The notes under the pieces: model-generated
Database searches by the model: none
What the model saw: the letters and a program-made list of their open reading frames with translations, nothing else
What the model was told of the DNA's origin: nothing
In this document: one piece after another, positions 51,112 through 59,786 of the stretch
Layout: each line of letters starts with the position of its first letter
How positions within the stretch are numbered: position 1 is the first letter of the stretch
Source of the DNA: an uncultured Nitrospiraceae bacterium
GTDB lineage: Bacteria > Nitrospirota > Nitrospiria > Nitrospirales > Nitrospiraceae
DNA length: 64,000 nt
Direction of reading: 5' to 3'
Assembly: GCA_963706325.1 (NCBI GenBank)
Contig: CAVPLT010000007.1
Location: 704,001-768,000, forward strand
Made by a program: the position numbers and the translations under genes

Positions 51112-51357
51112 ATGGCAGAGCAAGGGAAAGGTCTCTACGACAATCAGTACACACGATTTCGCGAAAATCAGGGCGCACATAAGGGATATGATTTTCAGCA
51201 CGGCCCTGCAGGGAGCACCCCTCCACCCGTGGTCACATTCCTGGATAAGATAAAATGGTGGACTTTGCGCGGATGGCGGCGAAAGAAGATTCTGGCCGAA
51301 CGCGATCGATTTCAACAGGACATCATCCAGATTAAGGCACCCCATCCAAAAAGATGA
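51112..51357 (+). CDS. Hypothetical protein
   Basis: SD GAGGT; stop overlaps next ORF (ATGA). Confidence 0.5.
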   Translation: MAEQGKGLYDNQYTRFRENQGAHKGYDFQHGPAGSTPPPVVTFLDKIKWWTLRGWRRKKILAERDRFQQDIIQIKAPHPKR

Positions 51358-52214
51358 ATTTTCCTCGGAGGGATACTCCCGTGTCACAGAAAAACGAATT
51401 GGTCGGGCAAAAATGCGCAGATGCTTGTCATGACGAAGATTTCAGAAAGTGCCTGGCGCGAGCGATAATGTATGTCGGGGTCGCAGTGTTTTCTGTGAGT
51501 ATGTGGTGGACTAAGCCAGAAGTAAGCTGGGCTGTGCCGAAAGAAACCTCCGCCGAGAAGGCGGAACATTTACGCCAGCAGGCGAATCCGAAGCTGTTCA
51601 ACGATTGGACCTTTGACCAAGACGGAGTCGGAGAGGTTCCAAAGGGTTTTACGATACTGGCGGCTGGAGAGCAGTCCGGTGGGACATGGACAATCGAGGC
51701 GCGCGCCGCGACACCCTCCGCTCCAAATGCCCTGTTCGGATCCTCAAGCTGTGCAACCTGCGTCGAGCTGCTGGTCGCGCAGGGATTTCAATATGAATAT
51801 CCTGAACTGGTCATCCGCATTCACCAGCCGGCCGATCCCGCATCGGGAGAGGTTGGGGTCGTGTTCGGAATGAAAGATCCGAAGAATTTTTATGCGACCT
51901 TGGTGAATGTATCTCAACAGACGATCGAAATCGTTCGAGTGATCGACGGCAATGAGTCGGTGCTGGGCCGGGCTGCGCTGAAGGTCAAGCCGATTGAGTG
52001 GCATACCCTCCGAGTGCAAAGGAATACCATCATCAGCAAGGACTTCATCGAAACGTTTTTTGACGGGAAGTTGACGCTCTCGGCACAGGATCAGGCCCTT
52101 GGAGAAGGACAGGTGGGAATTTTGTTGCGACGAAACGCTTCGGCATACTTCGATAATTTCAGTGCCTCGCCGCAGTATTCGAGCCGTCCTATATCAGCTC
52201 CGGCTGCCTATTAG
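51354..52214 (+). CDS. Exported beta-sandwich (ConA/DUF1080-like) hypothetical protein; start uncertain
   Basis: GVVFGMKDPKNFY, WHTLRV, FFDGK, GQVG...FDNF pattern. Confidence 0.6.
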   Translation: MNFPRRDTPVSQKNELVGQKCADACHDEDFRKCLARAIMYVGVAVFSVSMWWTKPEVSWAVPKETSAEKAEHLRQQANPKLFNDWTFDQDGVGEVPKGFTILAAGEQSGGTWTIEARAATPSAPNALFGSSSCATCVELLVAQGFQYEYPELVIRIHQPADPASGEVGVVFGMKDPKNFYATLVNVSQQTIEIVRVIDGNESVLGRAALKVKPIEWHTLRVQRNTIISKDFIETFFDGKLTLSAQDQALGEGQVGILLRRNASAYFDNFSASPQYSSRPISAPAAY

Positions 52215-52251
52215 CCTAGGACGGATCGATCTTGAAAGGAGCATTTCACGC

Positions 52252-52280
52252 TTGCCTTTCCTTTTTGGGTGGGATACAGT
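52252..52280 (+). promoter_or_regulatory. Sigma-70 promoter of the RRM gene
   Basis: TTGCCT-N17-TACAGT, about 200 nt upstream of ATG. Confidence 0.55.
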
Positions 52281-52482
52281 GAAGGTGCTTCATTGCGAAG
52301 GGCCTTGGTGGTGAAGTAGTAAAAGAATTACAGGGCCCGAATCGATGTTGTTTTGGGTTCTTCCCGGGAATTTCGGAAGCCAGAGCTAAGATTGCCGCTG
52401 TGTTTGCATCTTCGCCCCATTCCTTCCTCGTTTCTTTCTCGAGTCCCAGACAACACCATATTATTCTCAAAGGAGGAACCCA

Positions 52483-52782
52483 ATGGGTTCGAAGATCTAC
52501 GTTGGCGGCCTGCCATACTCAACCACCGAGCAGCAATTAAGCGATTTGTTCGCGGTGCACGGGGCGGTGACGTCAGCGCGCATCATCACAGACAAGTTTA
52601 CGGGACAGTCGCGCGGCTTTGGCTTCGTGGAAATGTCGGGAGATTCAGAGGCGCAAGCAGCGATTAACGCGCTGAATGGAACGCAATTTGGTGGCCGCAC
52701 CTTGACCGTGAACGAAGCCCGCCCGCAGGAACCCCGTACCGGGGGCGGCGGAGGCCGTGGCATGGGCGAGGGCCGGCACTAA
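52483..52782 (+). CDS. RRM RNA-binding protein with Gly-rich tail
   Basis: IYVGGL (RNP2), RGFGFVEM (RNP1), LTVNEARP; SD AAGGAGG. Confidence 0.95.
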   Translation: MGSKIYVGGLPYSTTEQQLSDLFAVHGAVTSARIITDKFTGQSRGFGFVEMSGDSEAQAAINALNGTQFGGRTLTVNEARPQEPRTGGGGGRGMGEGRH

Positions 52783-52809
52783 GCTGCGCTCGTTTTGCGA
52801 TATCTATCT

Positions 52810-52844
52810 CAGGGGCTGCCGTGAGGATAGCCCCTGTGTTTTTC
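52810..52844 (+). terminator. Probable intrinsic terminator
   Basis: CAGGGGCT...AGCCCCTG followed by TGTTTTT. Confidence 0.6.
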
Positions 52845-52931
52845 TTACCGTGTGATCCTCTCTCTGGTTCGCAGGGCCATCACATTGGCTGCCCCTGTTT
52901 TCCCAAGATAGAGATTTAGGAGTGAAGTTTT

Positions 52932-54284
52932 ATGGTGTCGTTTGCCGAATTGTCTCTCACATCGTTCCTCGCGGAACGTCTGCAGCAGGCCGGGTTTACC
53001 GCCCCTACTCCCATTCAAAAGGCCGCCATTCCATTGGCGATGGAGGGCCGTGATTTGTTGGCCCAGGCCAAAACCGGAAGCGGGAAAACGCTGGCATTTC
53101 TCATCCCCCTGATCGAACGGGCGGTCAAAGAAGGCTGGAAATCGACCGGCTCCGCGTCGAACGCCTCGTCGCATGGTCCCGCACGGTTGCCGCGAGCGCT
53201 GGTGTTGGCCCCCACCCGTGAGTTGGCTCTCCAGATCGAAATGGAGCTGCGTAAATATGCTCCGCCGGCGGTCACGTCGCTGGCCGTGTATGGCGGGATT
53301 CCTATTGAACGGCATTACCGCGCTCTGCGGCAACCGCCGTTGATCGTGATTGGGACGCCAGGCCGTTTGTTGGATGTGGCGGGAACTCGCCATCTGGACC
53401 TGCGTGGCGTCGAGTATGTGGTGATGGACGAAGCCGACCAAATGTTGGATCGCGGCTTTCTGCGCGATATCCAACGTATTTTAAAGTTGCTGCCTGAGCA
53501 ACGGCAGACCATGCTGTTCTCGGCGACCTTTTCGCCGGAAATTCTGACGCTGGCGGAGTCGATGCTGAAAAATCCTGCTCGAACGTCGGTCGATCCGGGC
53601 GTCAATACGCCGACCACGATTACGCATGCATATTACGTGGTTCCAAGCGAATCATCGCGGGTGCAATTGATTCATACGTTGATTCAGCAGACCGAGCCCG
53701 GTAATCAGTCCATGGTCTTCTGCGATCAAAAGTACAAAGTAAAACGCTTGGCCGCCCGATTAGGTGGTGAGCCGGCGTCGGTGGGGGCGATTACAGGGAA
53801 CCATTCCCAGGCTCAACGCGAGCGTACCCTCACCGCATTCCGATCCGGGCGGTTGCGATCCCTCGTGGCGACCGATGTGGCGGCGCGCGGGTTGGATGTC
53901 CCATCCGTGTCGCAGGTCATTCATTATGAGCTACCGGCCAATCCCACGTCGTACGTCCATCGCACCGGGCGAACAGGCCGTGCGGAACGGTCCGGCGCGA
54001 CTCTCTTGATTCTGTCTCCGCAAGAGGAGCGTGAATATTTGGCAATGGTTCGCCGATTGCGAATTCAAACGAGTCGACTGACGCTTCCTACCTTCGCGGC
54101 GTTGCCCCCTGCCGTGAGTGAGCCTGAGTCGAACGGTCCCTCCAGGCATGAGGGCCGGAACCGTGAGGCTCGGCCGCGCAGAGCGGGAGAGCGCCCGAGT
54201 TCGATGCCTCAAGATTCGAGGGCTAGGCAGGGTGGTCGTGGCTGGCGTTCTGATCGCCCTGCCGCGCCACGTCGTGGCCAGTAG
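52932..54284 (+). CDS. DEAD-box RNA helicase
   Basis: PTPIQ, AKTGSGKT, PTRELA, DEAD, SAT, ARGLD, HRTGRTGR. Confidence 0.95.
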   Translation: MVSFAELSLTSFLAERLQQAGFTAPTPIQKAAIPLAMEGRDLLAQAKTGSGKTLAFLIPLIERAVKEGWKSTGSASNASSHGPARLPRALVLAPTRELALQIEMELRKYAPPAVTSLAVYGGIPIERHYRALRQPPLIVIGTPGRLLDVAGTRHLDLRGVEYVVMDEADQMLDRGFLRDIQRILKLLPEQRQTMLFSATFSPEILTLAESMLKNPARTSVDPGVNTPTTITHAYYVVPSESSRVQLIHTLIQQTEPGNQSMVFCDQKYKVKRLAARLGGEPASVGAITGNHSQAQRERTLTAFRSGRLRSLVATDVAARGLDVPSVSQVIHYELPANPTSYVHRTGRTGRAERSGATLLILSPQEEREYLAMVRRLRIQTSRLTLPTFAALPPAVSEPESNGPSRHEGRNREARPRRAGERPSSMPQDSRARQGGRGWRSDRPAAPRRGQ

Positions 54285-54349
54285 GGAGAGTTGTAGAACC
54301 GCCGTGTGCGGCAGGGATTACTATACTGGTGGATTGAGGAGGAGCGCCA

Positions 54350-54886
54350 ATGAGACATGGATGTCACCTATTCGTGGGCTTGGTGATAGCCTTGGGCAGC
54401 GGTCAAGTATTCAGCGGGGGAGCCTATGCTCAAAGCGATGTGACAATCGCCGACGGCATGAAGGTATCGCTGGAATATACCTTGACGCTTCCGGACAAGT
54501 CCGTCGCCGATTCGAATGTCGGCCAGGCGCCCATCACATTCGTGCAGGGGGCTCATGAGATTGTCCCTGGGCTGGAGAAAGCCCTTGATGGGATGAAGGC
54601 CGGCCAAAAGCGGCGCATTGATGTGGCGGCACAGGATGCCTATGGGCCCTACAACAATAAGTTGAGACAGTCTGTCGACAAGGACAAGCTTCCGAAGGAT
54701 GTGAAGATTGGAGATATCTTGCAAGCCGCGGACAATCGATTGGTGAAGGTCCTGGAAGTGAATGAGAAAAAGGTGCTCATCGATCTCAATCATCCGCTGG
54801 CGGGAAAGACGCTCACCTTCGATGTGAATGTTATTAAAGTTGAAAAGGGGGATGCATCGGACGCTCCCGAAAGCAAGACGCCCTAG
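54350..54886 (+). CDS. FKBP-type peptidyl-prolyl isomerase (SlyD-like) with signal peptide
   Basis: VSLEYTL, IVPGLEKAL, DAYG, IDLNHPLAGKTLTFDV; N-terminal hydrophobic segment ending AYA. Confidence 0.9.
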   Translation: MRHGCHLFVGLVIALGSGQVFSGGAYAQSDVTIADGMKVSLEYTLTLPDKSVADSNVGQAPITFVQGAHEIVPGLEKALDGMKAGQKRRIDVAAQDAYGPYNNKLRQSVDKDKLPKDVKIGDILQAADNRLVKVLEVNEKKVLIDLNHPLAGKTLTFDVNVIKVEKGDASDAPESKTP

Positions 54887-54900
54887 TTCCTCTTAGTTGT

Positions 54901-57900
54901 TCACCAGATGGGCGGGCCAGCCGGCGAAAACGCCGGCTGTGCTTCGCGCCGGTGTGGTGCTCTCCGTATTGCCGTGACCGTCAGCGTCACGGCCGCAAAG
55001 TGCGACTCGACGATTCCCTCAATGACATAGGCTTGGTTCTGGGCCAGCAGGTGGCATGTCTTCCGATACAGGTCCGGGAAGATAGTCGCATCGTACAACC
55101 CGGTCAGGTCCTCGAAGCTAACGAACTCCATGGGGTTGCCCTGCTTGGTGTGGATGACCTTCTCCGTGATCAGCACACCCATCATGGTGATTGAACGGCC
55201 GATATGCTGTGTCATGTCACGGGCGGCAATCGTATCAGGCGGAATCTGCGCGATGGGAACCAAGGCCAGCGGGTGGCACCGGAGGGGAAACCCGAATGCA
55301 TCGATCTCTTGTGCGATCAGCCGAGACGGCCCATATTCCGTCGGAATAGGCAGGTAGCCGGGAGATGACGGATGTCGCCAGGCCAGCAGGCGCCAGAGCA
55401 GGGCTGGTCTGGTGAGTTCACCGGCGAGTCGATCGAAGCAACCAGCTTTGATGAGCAGCCGAGCCTGCGCAGAATCGGGTTGGACTCGGTCTAGAAAATC
55501 CTGCAGCGACCGAAATGGGCCATCACTGGAGCGTTGCGCGATCAGGAACTTGGCAAGCTCTTGCCGGAGTCCTTTGATTTGCATTAATCCCACGCGAACT
55601 TTCTGTGCCTGACCCCAATAGGCCCATTCACTGTCATTGATATCTGGCGGCAGAATCGTCAACCCCATCCGTCGTGCTTCCGACACATAGGCAAACGTCG
55701 AGTAGAATCCGCCCTGATTGCTGATGACTGCGGCGATGAATTCCGCCGGGTAGTGGGCACGGAGATAGGCGGATTTGAAGGATACCTGCGCGTAGCTAGC
55801 CGAGTGAGGTTTGCAGAAGCTATAACCGGCAAAACTCATGATCATGGCCCAGATCTGCTCGATGACGGGCACGCTGGCTCCACGAGCCAGGGCGCCCGAA
55901 CAAAATTGCCGCTGGTAGTCGTGGAGCTGTCGTTGTTTGTGTTTCTTGCTGAGCACTTTTCGTAATTGATCGCCGTCCGCGAGCGAGAATCCGCTTAATG
56001 CGACAGCCACGTTCATCACATCCTCCTGATAGACCATGATGCCGAAGGTGTCACGCAGCACATCCTGTAACGCCGGGTGGAGCATGCGGTAGGGCTGACC
56101 GTGCGCACGCCGGATGAAGTCGTCGGCAAACCGGTGTGCGGCAGGCCGGATGAGGGAGGAGACGATCGTGAGATATTCAAAGTCGTCGGCCTGAATCTGC
56201 TGTGTGACCGGCATAGTGGTCCACAGTTTCTTGAGCAGCAGCCGCGTCGCGGGCGACTCCACATAGAAACAGCCCATCGTGTCGCCTTGACGAATCAAGG
56301 CTTTAGTTCGATTGTCGGAAAGCGGGTCCCACATCGCATAGTCGATCTGTCGGCCGGTATGGCTGGCGACCGCGGCCAACGCGTCGCGAATCACGGCCAG
56401 TGAGCGATTGCCCAGAAGGTCGATCTTCACCAATCCGGCCTCTTCCGCTTGATCTTTTTCCCATTGAATGACCGGGATGCCTTTAGCTGATCGTTCAACC
56501 GGCACATAGCTATGGATGTCGCCCGGCACAAGGACCACGCCGCCGCAATGCAGACTCAGATTGCGGAAGTGCCCCTCGATTTGAACGGCCCATTGAAGGA
56601 TTTCCGGCCAAGGAGAGCGAAGCTGCAGTCTCCGACAGAGCTCTGCCGCCCACTGTTGATAGGTCACGGTCGAGGTACTTTCAGGTGGATCAGCTTTGCG
56701 GAGCAGTAATGGCAAGATACGGCCGATTTCTACGGCCGGCAGGCCATAGACTTTGGCGGTCTCCCGAATTGCCGCACGGATGGCGAGTGTGTTCTGGTTG
56801 GCGACCATTGCCGCCGACCGTTCGCCGTATTGGGCAAACACCCAGTCGAGAATGGCGTCTCGTTCGTCCCAGGGAAAGTCGATGTCGATGTCCGGAGGAT
56901 CATGCCGTCCGGGGTTGAGAAACCGTTCAAACAACAGGTGATGGCGAATCGGATCTACATGGGTAATACCCAGGCAGTATGAAACAATCGAGGCGGCGGC
57001 AGAGCCGCGACCACAGGTGCGAGGGGCATGACCGACGATTTCTTCGACGACCAAAAAATAATCCGCATAGCCTTTGTCGCGGATCACGGCAAGCTCGTGC
57101 TCAATGCGGGCCGAAACAGCCGAGGACAGCGTGCCGTAGCGCCATATCGCACCGTCATAGGTCTTGATGCGCAGGCGGTCGAAGGCTTGGGCCGCGGAGA
57201 GTTGCCGAAACGAGGGGAAGATCGTGTCTTTGAAATTCCAATCGGTCGCGCACCTCTCGGCGATGCGCCGGCTATTCGCGATAGATTCAGGCACGTGGGG
57301 AAACTGTCGTTCGATCTCCATGAGGGACATCATCCGGTGGGTGGATCTGCAACAGGCGTTGTCGGGCAATCGGGAGAGTGTGGTGTTCAACGCAATGGCA
57401 CGCAAGAGCCGGTGGCGTCGGTAGTCGGATGGAGTCAAGAATTGCGCGCGGGTCGTTGCGACAGGCGGCAACGTGGATCGGCGGCTGAATGCCAGGGCAT
57501 CAGCCATTTCCGGACCCGGCGTCAGTTCAACGAACAAATCTTCCTGCGAATGCCGTTGCCATTGAGTAAGCGCCGGCTGATCATCGGAGAGGATGATCAG
57601 CCCGGAGCGGTATTGAGCGACGGTCCTAACGAAGTCGAACGGTTCGTCGCTATGGCGGGCGGAGAGGATGCGGCAGAGGTTGCCATACCCGGCCGCTGTT
57701 TTCGCCAGCAGGACGGCGCGGTGAGCAGGACACCTCAGTTCGGCGCCAAGTATGGGTTTGATTCCGGATGCGCGGGCGACATCAAGAAATCGAATGGCGC
57801 CGTACAGGCCGTTCGTGTCGGTGAGCGCCAGAGTGTCACTGCCTTGCATGCGCGCCGTCTGGCAGAGCGCTTCCAGTGACGGAACTCCTTCCATGGGCGA

Positions 57901-57942
57901 ATAGGATGAATGGACGTGCAAATGGACAAACGGAGAAGACAT
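54901..57942 (-). CDS. dnaE2: Error-prone DNA polymerase III alpha subunit (DnaE2/ImuC-like)
   Basis: PHP FVHLHVHSSYS, GRGSAAAS, FERFLNP..PPDIDIDF, KIDLLG, YSFCKPHS; about 1013 aa, ends after the OB fold; directly downstream of imuB. Confidence 0.85.
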   Translation of the reverse strand: MSSPFVHLHVHSSYSPMEGVPSLEALCQTARMQGSDTLALTDTNGLYGAIRFLDVARASGIKPILGAELRCPAHRAVLLAKTAAGYGNLCRILSARHSDEPFDFVRTVAQYRSGLIILSDDQPALTQWQRHSQEDLFVELTPGPEMADALAFSRRSTLPPVATTRAQFLTPSDYRRHRLLRAIALNTTLSRLPDNACCRSTHRMMSLMEIERQFPHVPESIANSRRIAERCATDWNFKDTIFPSFRQLSAAQAFDRLRIKTYDGAIWRYGTLSSAVSARIEHELAVIRDKGYADYFLVVEEIVGHAPRTCGRGSAAASIVSYCLGITHVDPIRHHLLFERFLNPGRHDPPDIDIDFPWDERDAILDWVFAQYGERSAAMVANQNTLAIRAAIRETAKVYGLPAVEIGRILPLLLRKADPPESTSTVTYQQWAAELCRRLQLRSPWPEILQWAVQIEGHFRNLSLHCGGVVLVPGDIHSYVPVERSAKGIPVIQWEKDQAEEAGLVKIDLLGNRSLAVIRDALAAVASHTGRQIDYAMWDPLSDNRTKALIRQGDTMGCFYVESPATRLLLKKLWTTMPVTQQIQADDFEYLTIVSSLIRPAAHRFADDFIRRAHGQPYRMLHPALQDVLRDTFGIMVYQEDVMNVAVALSGFSLADGDQLRKVLSKKHKQRQLHDYQRQFCSGALARGASVPVIEQIWAMIMSFAGYSFCKPHSASYAQVSFKSAYLRAHYPAEFIAAVISNQGGFYSTFAYVSEARRMGLTILPPDINDSEWAYWGQAQKVRVGLMQIKGLRQELAKFLIAQRSSDGPFRSLQDFLDRVQPDSAQARLLIKAGCFDRLAGELTRPALLWRLLAWRHPSSPGYLPIPTEYGPSRLIAQEIDAFGFPLRCHPLALVPIAQIPPDTIAARDMTQHIGRSITMMGVLITEKVIHTKQGNPMEFVSFEDLTGLYDATIFPDLYRKTCHLLAQNQAYVIEGIVESHFAAVTLTVTAIRRAPHRREAQPAFSPAGPPIW

Positions 57943-57956
57943 GGTGGTCGTAGGCC

Positions 57957-59138
57957 TCAATGGTGTCTGCCATACCGAATGATGCTGTCTCCAAAGCGCG
58001 TCCTCAGCTGGTCGAGGACACGCGTCAACTGCTGCGCGCGGGTTCGACGTTGATGAACCGGTCCGACGATGTCGAACAGTTCACATTGTTCGGCAGGGGC
58101 TGTGAGTTCTTCAGCGCTCAGCGTGAGCACATTCATGCGGACGCGGCGACGGACGTATTGTCGGAACAAGGCATGGAGGGGCGGCGTCAGATCAATGTCC
58201 CAATAACTGGCCGGATCAATGGTCCGGTGTCCGCTCGTATGGGTGTGATCGCTATAGCGAATCGTCAGCGTGAGCCGTCGGCAGACTCGTTGTTGAATGC
58301 GCAGCGTCCGGCAAAGTTGTTCAAGCAGATCGGCAAGATAGTTCCGCAGTATGCGGTCGTCGTTGGTATCCGGCTCGAGCACTTGTGAATAAGTGAGTGC
58401 GGGTTGCGCTGGCGGTGGCATGACCGGGGTGGGGTCGATGCCTTTCGCCCAACGCAGCAAGGGGGCTGCCCACTTTCCGACGGCAATGTCGAGCGCGGGG
58501 AGAGGACTATCGGCCACATCGCCGAATGTCCGGAGATTCAAATCGGCCAAGCATTGTCGGATGGGTTTCATGTGGGCGCGATGGAGAAGCGGCAACGTCT
58601 CAATCGGCAAGGGGGCCATGAAGGCTCGTTCCGAACCATGACGAACTTCGTAGAGTTCTGCCGGTTGCACCAGGCCGGCAGCGGTTTGCGCCACAAGCTT
58701 GTTACTGCCGATCCCCGATACGCCGGTGAGATGGGCCTGTATCGCGATGTCTCGTTGGAGGCGTGCGGCGGTATCGCAGGGGGGACCAAAGAGCCGTGTC
58801 GTGCCGGTCAGATCCAAGAGAAACGCCCCAGGCTTTGTCGGCTCCCAGACCGGTGCATAGCGGGTGATAATCTGGGCCAGCATTGCATGAGCCTGAGCGG
58901 TGCGGACCGAATCAGGCGTAACAATGCGAAGTGCGGGACAGCGTTGGAGGGCCTGTTGGATGGTTATGCCTGGGTACAGGCCGTCGGCAATGGCTTCAGG
59001 TGACACTTCATGCAATGGGGTGCGTGAGCGTGCGGCCGGTGCGAGGCCGACCGGTTGATGACGGAGACGAGGGTCGGCCAGGCGCGCGAGCGCCAGTTCG
59101 AACGACGGCACCGTCAGGCACACAATCTGGCGATCCAT
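57957..59138 (-). CDS. imuB: ImuB-like, probably catalytically inactive Y-family polymerase
   Basis: DinB-like fold (G.YPGI...A..RCP, LLDLTG, GIGSNKLVA) with catalytic acidic motifs replaced; clamp-like QCELF; C-terminal LDQLRTRFG. Confidence 0.8.
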   Translation of the reverse strand: MDRQIVCLTVPSFELALARLADPRLRHQPVGLAPAARSRTPLHEVSPEAIADGLYPGITIQQALQRCPALRIVTPDSVRTAQAHAMLAQIITRYAPVWEPTKPGAFLLDLTGTTRLFGPPCDTAARLQRDIAIQAHLTGVSGIGSNKLVAQTAAGLVQPAELYEVRHGSERAFMAPLPIETLPLLHRAHMKPIRQCLADLNLRTFGDVADSPLPALDIAVGKWAAPLLRWAKGIDPTPVMPPPAQPALTYSQVLEPDTNDDRILRNYLADLLEQLCRTLRIQQRVCRRLTLTIRYSDHTHTSGHRTIDPASYWDIDLTPPLHALFRQYVRRRVRMNVLTLSAEELTAPAEQCELFDIVGPVHQRRTRAQQLTRVLDQLRTRFGDSIIRYGRHH

Positions 59139-59164
59139 AGATTCACTAGCACCGGCGAGAAGTT

Positions 59165-59710
59165 CTATTGCTTACAGTAGCGAATGACGCCGATGACGAG
59201 GCCTTCAATGCGCAGCGAATCGGTCGGTTTGACCGTAATGGACTTCATCGTGTCATTGGCCGGGCGTAGTTCGATGGTCGAGCCTTTACGGTAATAGGTT
59301 TTGATGGTGGCATCGTTGTTGACGATCGCAATCACCGTCTGGCCGTTTCGAGCCGTACTCTGTTTTTGGACGATGACGAGATCGCCGGGGAGAATCCCTT
59401 CATCCCGCATCGACTCGCCCTTCACTCGTAGCGCAAAGGTTTCCCCGCGACCTATCATGCCGGGAGGAACTTCGACGAGTTCGGTTTGGGGAATGGGTTC
59501 GATAGGATCGCCGGCCGCTACCAAGCCGGCCAGGGGAATATGCGCTGAGGCCGTGAGGTGATCGATTGCCAATCGAACGGCAAACGGAATCTTATGTGTG
59601 CCGATTTCGTAACGCGCGATGGTCTGGCGGGTCGTTTTCAGCCGGTCGGCAAGCTGATTCTGGGTAAGTCCAAGAGCCTGACGGGCCTTCTTTAGGTCGA
59701 TCGCATGCAT
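59165..59710 (-). CDS. LexA-like self-cleaving repressor with XRE-type HTH
   Basis: N-terminus LKKARQALGLTQNQLADRL..TRQTIARYE.G; cleavage site VAAG; catalytic GESM (Ser) and ATIK (Lys). Confidence 0.88.
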   Translation of the reverse strand: MHAIDLKKARQALGLTQNQLADRLKTTRQTIARYEIGTHKIPFAVRLAIDHLTASAHIPLAGLVAAGDPIEPIPQTELVEVPPGMIGRGETFALRVKGESMRDEGILPGDLVIVQKQSTARNGQTVIAIVNNDATIKTYYRKGSTIELRPANDTMKSITVKPTDSLRIEGLVIGVIRYCKQ

Positions 59711-59746
59711 GTAACGAATCGTTACATAGCGGGAGGGGCCTGTCAA
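59709..59746 (-). promoter_or_regulatory. Promoter (TTGACA-N17-AACGAT) overlapped by palindromic operator ATGTAACG-AAT-CGTTACAT (59709-59727)
   Basis: Perfect 8-bp inverted repeat covers the -10 and start codon; perfect -35 at 59741-59746. Confidence 0.75.
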
Positions 59747-59786
59747 GAGGAGGTGATCCGGTCGGCGGACATGCTAAGATAGCCAA

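Noticed and set aside
59165..59710. Prophage repressor or prophage boundary
   Set aside because: Flanked by imuB-dnaE2 and uvrB; no integrase, cro or structural genes in the window
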